A stretch of DNA of 62,886 bases, filler included, from Thraustochytrium aureum (Eukaryota): the NCBI GenBank assembly GCA_012862495.1. It is 4 parts of 2 records of this genome, joined end to end, with 100 filler letters (N's around TTAATTAATTAA, not from the genome) between each part and the next. Parts side by side here need not be neighbours in the genome. Positions count along the whole stretch, not along the records: positions 43,020 to 57,856 come from BLSG01000179.1; positions 57,957 to 62,886 come from BLSG01000179.1; 2 more parts are not named here. The stretch is one strand, 5' to 3'. Numbering within the stretch: position 1 is the stretch's first letter; every line of letters begins with the position of its first letter. The position numbers and the translations under genes are program-made. Positions 55,624 to 62,886 of the stretch are shown here, in pieces. The notes under the pieces were generated by a model. That model ran no database searches, had not been told where the DNA came from, and worked only from the letters and a program-made list of their open reading frames with translations.

Positions 55624-56473
55624 CACAGCGCCTCCTCGCGCCGCCCGCACCCAATCCGAGCAACGTCCTCAAGCGCGCCCGAGACCGGCAGGCACACCAG
55701 CGCTCCAAGCGCAAGCACGCTGCGCTCCCGCGGCCACTCGGCCAGAGTCAAGCTGCCGTGCNNNNNNNNNNNNNNNNNNNNNNNNNNNNNNNNNNNNNNN
55801 NNNNNNNNNNNNNNNNNNNNNNNNNNNNNNNNNNNNNNNNNNNNNNNNNNNNNNNNNNNNNNNNNNNNNNNNNNNNNNNNNNNNNNNNNNNNNNNNNNNN
55901 NNNNNNNNNNNNNNNNNNNNNNNNNNNNNNNNNNNNNNNNNNNNNNNNNNNNNNNNNNNNNNNNNNNNNNNNNNNNNNNNNNNNNNNNNNNNNNNNNNNN
56001 NNNNNNNNNNNNNNNNNNNNNNNNNNNNNNNNNNNNNNNNNNNNNNNNNNNNNNNNNNNNNNNNNNNNNNNNNNNNNNNNNNNNNNNNNNNNNNNNNNNN
56101 NNNNNNNNNNNNNNNNNNNNNNNNNNNNNNNNNNNNNNNNNNNNNNNNNNNNNNNNNNNNNNNNNNNNNNNNNNNNNNNNNNNNNNNNNNNNNNNNNNNN
56201 NNNNNNNNNNNNNNNNNNNNNNNNNNNNNNNNNNNNNNNNNNNNNNNNNNNNNNNNNNNNNNNNNNNNNNNNNNNNNNNNNNNNNNNNNNNNNNNNNNNN
56301 NNNNNNNNNNNNNNNNNNNNNNNNNNNNNNNNNNNNNNNNNNNNNNNNNNNNNNNNNNNNNNNNNNNNNNNNNNNNNNNNNNNNNNNNNNNNNNNNNNNN
56401 NNNNNNNNNNNNNNNNNNNNNNNNNNNNNNNNNNNNNNNNNNNNNNNNNNNNNNNNNNNNNNNNNNNNNNNNN

Positions 56474-57856
56474 CTGGGGTTGGACGGGCGGTCGCCGAGG
56501 GCCCGGATGGGCAGGTCGGTGGGAGACAAGTTGGTGTGGAGGGCGAGGAGGAGCGCCGGGCGGTACGCGGTGCTCGCCGTGTATGCCTGCACGACTGCGG
56601 CGCTGTTCGTGCACAAGTTTCAAGTGTACCGCGGCGACCGGCCACACGCGTTCGCGCTGATGGGCTACTGCGTGTGCGTGGCGCGGGGCTGCGCGCTCGC
56701 GCTAAAGTTCAACTTGATGGTTGTGCTGGTGCTGATGTGCAAGAGCGTCGCGGGGTGGGTGCCCGGCCGCGTTCAACTGCACCGTGCTGCGGGCGTGGCG
56801 ACGCTCGTGCTGGCACTGACGCACTCGATGGCGCACCTGTGCGACTTTGGCGCGCTTGCCTCGGCTCCTGTGGAGCTGTTGAACGCGCAGTGGCCCGCAG
56901 CAAACTACACTGAGGCGTCGCGGCCAGGCGCCGCGGACCTCTGGCTGAGCTTGCCGGGCTGGACCGGGCTGCTGATGCTGGCGTGCCTTGCGGTGAGCTA
57001 TGCATGCATCCTGTTGAGGGACCGCTGGTACGAGGCGTTTCAGTGGTCTCACCACCTGCTCTTGGTGATGTGCGTCCTGGCGCTCTTCCATGGCCGCCTT
57101 GCGCTGCTGGAGGCGCCGCAGGCGCACCTTTTCGTGGTCCCGCCCTTGGCTCTGTATGTCGTGGAGCGCGGCGCGCGGTTCCGCCAGCGCCTAGCCGGCG
57201 CGAGCGTCGCCGATGGCGAGCTCGGGCAAGTCGTCCAGTCGGCCACCATTGTCGGAGGCAGCGGCGACGTGCTCGAGCTGCGCCTCGCCAAGCCCCCCGG
57301 TTTTCGCCTTCACGGCGGGGGCGTACTGCACGCTGCGCGTTCCAGCAGTGGCCCGCTACGAGTGGCATCCCTTCTCGATCGCCTCCGCACCGGACGACGA
57401 CCAGGTCGTGGTGTACATCAAAGTCCTCGGGGACTGGACGGCCAAGGTCGTTGGTCTCTTCCGGCAAGCCATCGACGCCCAGGGCTCGAGCGAAAGGCTG
57501 AGTGACGGCCAAGCCGCGGCTTGGCCGGCCGTCGAACTCGACGGCCCCGAGGGCGCGCCAAGTCAGCTCTGGGCACAGTACGACGTCGTCGTGCTCATCA
57601 GCACAGGGGTGGGCGTCACGCCGTACTTGTCAATCCTCAAGCACATGCTGCATGAGTGGAGGCGCCGCAGCGGGAAAAACCTGTTCGCTGCTCTGGAGGC
57701 TGGGCGGCCGTGCCCGGAGCACTGCCCTGATGCGGCCGTCCCGATTCGGCAGCCCGAAGACCTGCAGCCCGTCGAGGCATTGCGCGAAGGGCAGTCGGCG
57801 TCCGCCCCGGCGGAAGAAGGGCTGACTGAATTCGCCCTGGGCGACGGGTTCCCGAG
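56474..57856 (+). CDS. RBOH/NOX-type NADPH oxidase (partial at both ends; frameshift near 57301)
   Basis: MGYCVCVARG...LKFNL, heme His pairs (LHR...THSMAH; HH...FHG), FAD motif EWHPFSIAS, LDGPEG and NADPH motif STGVGVTPY. Confidence 0.9.
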
Positions 57857-57900
57857 NNNNNNNNNNNNNNNNNNNNNNNNNNNNNNNNNNNNNNNNNNNN

Positions 57901-57912
57901 TTAATTAATTAA
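57901..57912. other. Artificial contig linker TTAATTAATTAA
   Basis: Same spacer flanked by N runs. Confidence 0.9.
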
Positions 57913-58856
57913 NNNNNNNNNNNNNNNNNNNNNNNNNNNNNNNNNNNNNNNNNNNNGTAGATCCACGCAGCCGTGCATTTCGCATCCTCACAAGCGTGCA
58001 TTCCCTCCCAGCACGCCGCGCCTCACAGGCCGGGCGCGGCGGAGCCAGAGGAGGGCGTCGCTCGCCCACTCATCGGGCCGACAATTCTTCTTTCTGTTCT
58101 GACGTTGCACCCTCCCTCGCGTTGCATGTGTTTTTCGCTTCGTGCGCGTGCATATGTTTCGTTTCTCTCCTCGTCCTCTTGCATGTACTTTCTTCTGGGC
58201 ATTTTTCCGCTCCTCTTCCATGAGGCATGTACCTTCTTCTGGGCATATTTTGTTTCGCTGGTTGCTCTCCCATCTGTGCATTTGCTTTCTCACAGGTCTG
58301 CGTGCAACTTGCTTGAGGCCTGTTTTCGCTGCCCTCTGTGCACGTGGCCCCGTGCATTCTTGTTGTATTGATCCTGAACTGAATTGATTTGTGTTTGATT
58401 TGTTTTATTTATTTCTTTGTTTTTTTCTTTGGTTTTTCGCTCGTTCGTTCGTTTGTTGGTTTTGATTTTTGTGTTTGTTTGTTTTGTTTGATGACTCATT
58501 GATGAGCTACGCGCGCACGGAAGGGAGGGAGGGAGGGAGGGAGCAGTCACCTCCAGGACAGCGGCCCTGCAGGACGCGAAGAGGAGCGCCGTGCAGGACG
58601 CGAGGAGCAGCGCCGCGCAGGTCGCGAGGGCGGGAACGCTCGCGGGCCGTCCTGGCTGGCTGGCTGGCTGGCTGGCTGGCGTTCTGGCTGGGTGCCGTTC
58701 TGCCTGCTGTTCTTTCGGCCTACTGCGTAGGCGCCACGCGACCGTGTTGTGGGCGGTGGTTTGGGTTGCTGCTCCTGCGCGGAGACGGAGGCGCCGCTGA
58801 GGCGCGCGCGGGGCTGGACGGCCGCCGGGCGTCGGCGTGCCGCGAGGGGCGGCGCG

Positions 58857-61587
58857 ATGGAGATCGAAGACGGGGACCTTCTGGTCAAGGCGAGGCGGCA
58901 AGTGCGGTTCGCGGACGAGCTGCCCGAGGACGGGACGAGCTCGGCGGCGTCCTCTGCGGACGAGGTCAAAGCGCCGAACGAGGAAGACGGCCTGAACGGC
59001 ACCAAGCCGTTCAAACCGCTACTGAAGCGGAGGTCGCGCAGGCGCAAGACCGCCGCCCGCGCGAAAGAAGTGCCCGACGAGGACTCGCCCGACGTCGTCG
59101 CGGCACAGTTTCGCTGGGCGCGAAAGAGCAAGGACTATGACCTGATGGCCAAGGTGCTAGCAAGGCTCGAGAACGAGCCCGAAGACAGCCCGCTGCGGAA
59201 GCGCATCGGGCGAGCCGTCCTGGACGAGGCCCTATTGTACGCAATGCTAAGCCGCAACCGGCGGTTCACGGACATGCTGATCGGAGCTGGGGCCTCGGTC
59301 GCCGGCGCAGACCGCATGTACAACGACGCAAGAGGCGACCTCTCTACGTGCGATTGCGGCTCCCACCCAGGGATGCTGCTGATCACCCTCGTGCGCAGTC
59401 CTCGCACCAGCTGATCGACGTCGCCCTGGACGAACTCTCGGTAAACTCGTACATCTGCGACGGCGACACGCAACGAATGTGGTGGGGCACTGGGTATTCG
59501 TTCCAGGGCCTGCAGCCCGTCAAGACCCCGATCCTCAAGAGCCAGGTGCTCAAGACAACGCCCCTCTCGGCCGCCGTCGCCAACAACGACCTGCACATCA
59601 TCGAGACACTAGTGGCCCGCGGAGCAGACATCTCGGCGCACGACTGCCTCGCCTTCTCGGAGGCTGCCAAGCAGATCGACGACAGGCGGCACCGCCTCCT
59701 GCGGTACCTGTTCGGCCGGATAACCTCGCTGCCAAACTTTGGGTCCGAGCCGCGCGTAATGGCCTTGTTCGAGATGGCCAGCGCCGCAGCGCTTCGCGCA
59801 GCCGCCGAGAACGGTGACGCAGAGAAGCTTCGCTTTGTCATCGAGCTGATCGAGGCCGAGCAAGAGTGGGCCAGCGGCACGCGCGGCCAAAAGCCAGCCA
59901 GCGTGTTCAAGGACCGCAAGCCGATCGGCCATGGGATGTCGGGGCGCCAGCTCTACGACCCGCAGACAACCACTCGTCGCTCAGCTCGACGTCGTCCTGG
60001 GCCACGCAAAGCAGCTCCTCGTCGGGCGGCTCGCTAGCCCCAAACTCCATGGAACGCCACCTGGCGCGGCGCCAGTCGCACCACGTCATCAAGCCCCTCC
60101 TGGACGGCCACGCAATCAGCGGGTACCGATCCCCGCAGGCCGGCTCCTCGAGCAGCAAGCGCGGACGCGGCCACGCGCAGCGCGGCAAGGGCGGCGGCGG
60201 CCTCCTGGAGCGCGCCCTCACGCNNNNNNNNNNNNNNNNNNNNNNNNNNNNNNNNNNNNNNNNNNNNNNNNNNNNNNNNNNNNNNNNNNNNNNNNNNNNN
60301 NNNNNNNNNNNNNNNNNNNNNNNNNNNNNNNNNNNNNNNNNNNNNNNNNNNNNNNNNNNNNNNNNNNNNNNNNNNNNNNNNNNNNNNNNNNNNNNNNNNN
60401 NNNNNNNNNNNNNNNNNNNNNNNNNNNNNNNNNNNNNNNNNNNNNNNNNNNNNNNNNNNNNNNNNNNNNNNNNNNNNNNNNNNNNNNNNNNNNNNNNNGT
60501 CTTCTTGGCCACGCTCAGCCAGAGCGGCCCCACAGCGGAAAACTCGGCGCTCGCGCTCCTTGACTGCGGGCTCGAGGAGTTTCTCGCCAGCGGCGAAAAC
60601 GGCACGGGCGCGAGGGCAAAGCCGAAGGCGCCGCGGGAGAAACAGCAGCCTGCGCCTGCGCCTGCGCCGGCCCCTGCGCCAACGTCCGACGCAGACGCCG
60701 GGGCGGCGTCTACTGGGAGCAGCACCTCGCTGGCGCGGCCAAAACCGCGCCGCTCGGCTTGGGGCCGCATCAAACAAGGCATAGCAAAGTCGCTGCCGGG
60801 CGTCGGCGGGCACTTGGGCTCGCGCCAGCGGACGCTGGAGCGCCGCGCCTCCTCGGACGACAAAATGAAGGCCTTGACAATCGCCTGCGAGGGCGGGCAC
60901 GCAGGCGTCCTGGAGAGGCTGCTGTCCAAGGTCGACGCCGACTCTCTCGAAATCGTCGCCCCGCGTCTCCTGTGCGTGGCCGCCAAGAACAACAGTTTTG
61001 GCCTCATGAGCGTCCTGCTCCCGTACCTCGGTGCCAAAAACACCGACGCGCTCAACTCTGCCTTCCGTGTGGCGCTCGAGAACCAGTCGTTCGAGTTTGC
61101 GTATGCTGTAATCGAGCGCGGCGCGAAACCCACCTCAACCGTGTTTGTCGAAGTGCTGTGCTCGGCGTCCACCAACCACGAGTACCGGCTCGAGTCGTGC
61201 GACGAGCTGTTCCACATCGTCAGCGAGCTTGAAATCAAGTTTGTCCTTGACGATGCGAGAAAGGTGCTGGATGTGTCCACCACCGCGACTGCGCCAAACC
61301 TCGAGTCGGTGCTGTGCCTCCTAGACTTTGACGAGTCTCTTCGCGCTGCCGTGTGCCCGACTCACCTGCTGAACGTGGTGCGCGCCAGCACAAACGACAC
61401 GGACAACAACATCTTCCAAGAGTTTCTCGCGATCCTCATCACCTGCATGGGCAGCGCGCCCGGCCTCGACGAAGCCATTACTGCGGCGTACGAGGAAGCT
61501 GTAGCCCAGACGAAGGTGCACCCTGGGGTTCTGACTGTACTCATGGACAAGAGCGGCCACCATGACCAGGAAGAGACCTGGGTTTGA
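58857..61587 (+). CDS. Divergent ankyrin-repeat protein (frameshifts near 59400 and 59950; internal gap)
   Basis: ALLYAM...LIGAGA, TTPLSAAVANNDLHIIETLVARGADI, ALTIACEGGH and IERGAKP across three consecutive overlapping ORFs. Confidence 0.7.
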
Positions 61588-61733
61588 TGGGCCGCGTTTC
61601 GCTTCCAGGAAGAGACCGGGGTTTGATGGGCCGCGTTTCGCTTCCAGGAAGAGACCGGGGTTTGATGGGCCGCGTTTCGCTTCGCGACAACCGTGACCTG
61701 GAAGCGACCTGGGTTTGACGGGGCGCGTTCCGC
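61566..61733 (+). repeat. 39-bp tandem repeat, 3 copies plus 1 degenerate, overlapping the stop codon of the ankyrin gene
   Basis: CCAGGAAGAGACC(T/G)GGGTTTGATGGGCCGCGTTTCGCTT at 61566, 61605 and 61644. Degenerate copy at about 61697. Confidence 0.9.
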
Positions 61734-62122
61734 GACCTCAATTCGCTTTTCTGGCGTGCTCCGTCAAGATTTCGCTCAGGTTGCGCAACTCATTCTGGCA
61801 CTGGTCGCGCGCAGCTGCTCGATCTGCGTCAGAGATGCCTGCGCCGACTCCCAATGACGCTCGTGCGTTTTCCCTCCCCCAAAAAAACTGAAAACAGTTG
61901 GGAAGGGCATCGCGCGCCCCGACATCAATCATCGTGTCTCGTACCTGTTGTCGGTACGCGGATGGGGAGGGCGCCCGGCCGGCTCGGGCCAAGACCATTA
62001 CTTACACCTACCTATCGTTGCAGTGCACTGCACATAATCATACTAGTACTGTGACTCACCTCCGGCTGTCCACGTGTGCGAGTCAAAGCCTTGCGCAGGG
62101 TCGGCAACCATCCTGCATCGTC

Positions 62123-62884
62123 TCAAAACAGCTCATCCAGGTCGCCCCGGTCCCGATCAAACCCTGCAACTGGGTCGACAAAAAAGGCGGCGTCCCCGAG
62201 CACACTGCGCGCCGACGGCCGCTTGGACGGGAGTGGGTCGAGCAGGCGCCAAACCAGATCCTTGTACTCCAAGCCCGCAACTGCATCGTCAAAGTAGCCG
62301 CTCGCGCGCCGCATGGCCGGAAACTCGACCTTGCCAGCGTCTGGCGGACGCTGACCCAGGTCGGCCTCGAGCGCCGCGAAATCCACAGACCCAACGACCT
62401 GCATCACCCGAAAGATTTGCTCAATGTCGTTCTCGCCCGGAAACAGGTGGCAACCCATCACCATCTCGCCAGCCACTACGCCGAGAGCCCACATATCAAC
62501 CTTGGCGTCGTAGAATCGCGCTCCGAACAGGAGCTCTGGGGCGCGGTACCAGCGGGTGGCCACTTCGTGGCTGAAAGGCGGTCCGCCGCGAAACGTCCTT
62601 GCGAGCCCAAAGTCCGCGAGCTTGACCGCGCCGTCCGCGAAAAGCAAGAGGTTCGATGGCTTGACGTCGCGGTGCATGATCCCCAGCCCGTGGCAGTGCG
62701 CGAGCCCCCGCGCAGCGCCTTCGAGGACGTGCTTGGCAAGCCCTTCGTCAAACGAGCCTTTGGCCTTCAGCAGTGCGCCGACGTCAGTCTTGGCCAGTTC
62801 TAGCGCAAGGCACACGCTCGAGGCCTTGACGAAGACGTCGACCACGCGGACTACATTTGGGTGAGGCCCGAGCACGCGGTACAG
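62123..62884 (-). CDS. CDK20: CDK20/CCRK-like cyclin-dependent kinase (5' partial)
   Basis: HPNVV, HRDVKPSNLL, ADFGLAR, HEVATRWYRAPELLFGARFY and LFPGENDIEQ. Confidence 0.8.
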   Translation of the reverse strand: MYRVLGPHPNVVRVVDVFVKASSVCLALELAKTDVGALLKAKGSFDEGLAKHVLEGAARGLAHCHGLGIMHRDVKPSNLLLFADGAVKLADFGLARTFRGGPPFSHEVATRWYRAPELLFGARFYDAKVDMWALGVVAGEMVMGCHLFPGENDIEQIFRVMQVVGSVDFAALEADLGQRPPDAGKVEFPAMRRASGYFDDAVAGLEYKDLVWRLLDPLPSKRPSARSVLGDAAFFVDPVAGFDRDRGDLDELF

Positions 62885-62886
62885 GG

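Noticed and set aside
58381..58690. T-rich tract and (GGGA)n/(GGCT)n runs
   Set aside because: Ordinary low-complexity intergenic sequence.
11159..59960. Frameshifts in BRF1, the WW protein, TIPIN, the EF-hand gene, EDRF1, OSCA, NOX and the ankyrin gene as pseudogenes or programmed frameshifting
   Set aside because: Those I could localise are single-base indels, several in homopolymer runs, and they hit conserved genes. Sequencing error is the simplest explanation; check by read mapping.

Overview
Gene-dense, GC-rich, intron-poor eukaryotic draft sequence from a flagellated protist (DNAL1 present). The style fits a thraustochytrid/labyrinthulomycete-like stramenopile, which is inference only. 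It has many N gaps, three artificial TTAATTAATTAA contig linkers and several single-base frameshifts that look like sequencing errors. Recognisable genes are BRF1, DNAL1, TIPIN/Swi3, GMP synthase (C-terminus), EDRF1-like, PI4-kinase III, an OSCA/TMEM63 channel, a DinB-like protein, an RBOH-like NADPH oxidase, a CDK20-like kinase, and ankyrin, WW, BAR and EF-hand proteins. The most unusual element is at about 5.5-10.7 kb: a single-exon 1461-aa divergent SF2 helicase with Cys-rich modules, preceded by 12 same-strand TGGCGA repeats and palindromes. Other notable items are two decayed copies of a coding repeat (possible non-LTR RT relic), a BRAWNIN/UQCC6-like microprotein ORF ending 15 bp in frame before an RD-rich gene, a COQ10-EF-hand fusion and a possible CAP-Gly-ankyrin-CaaX protein.
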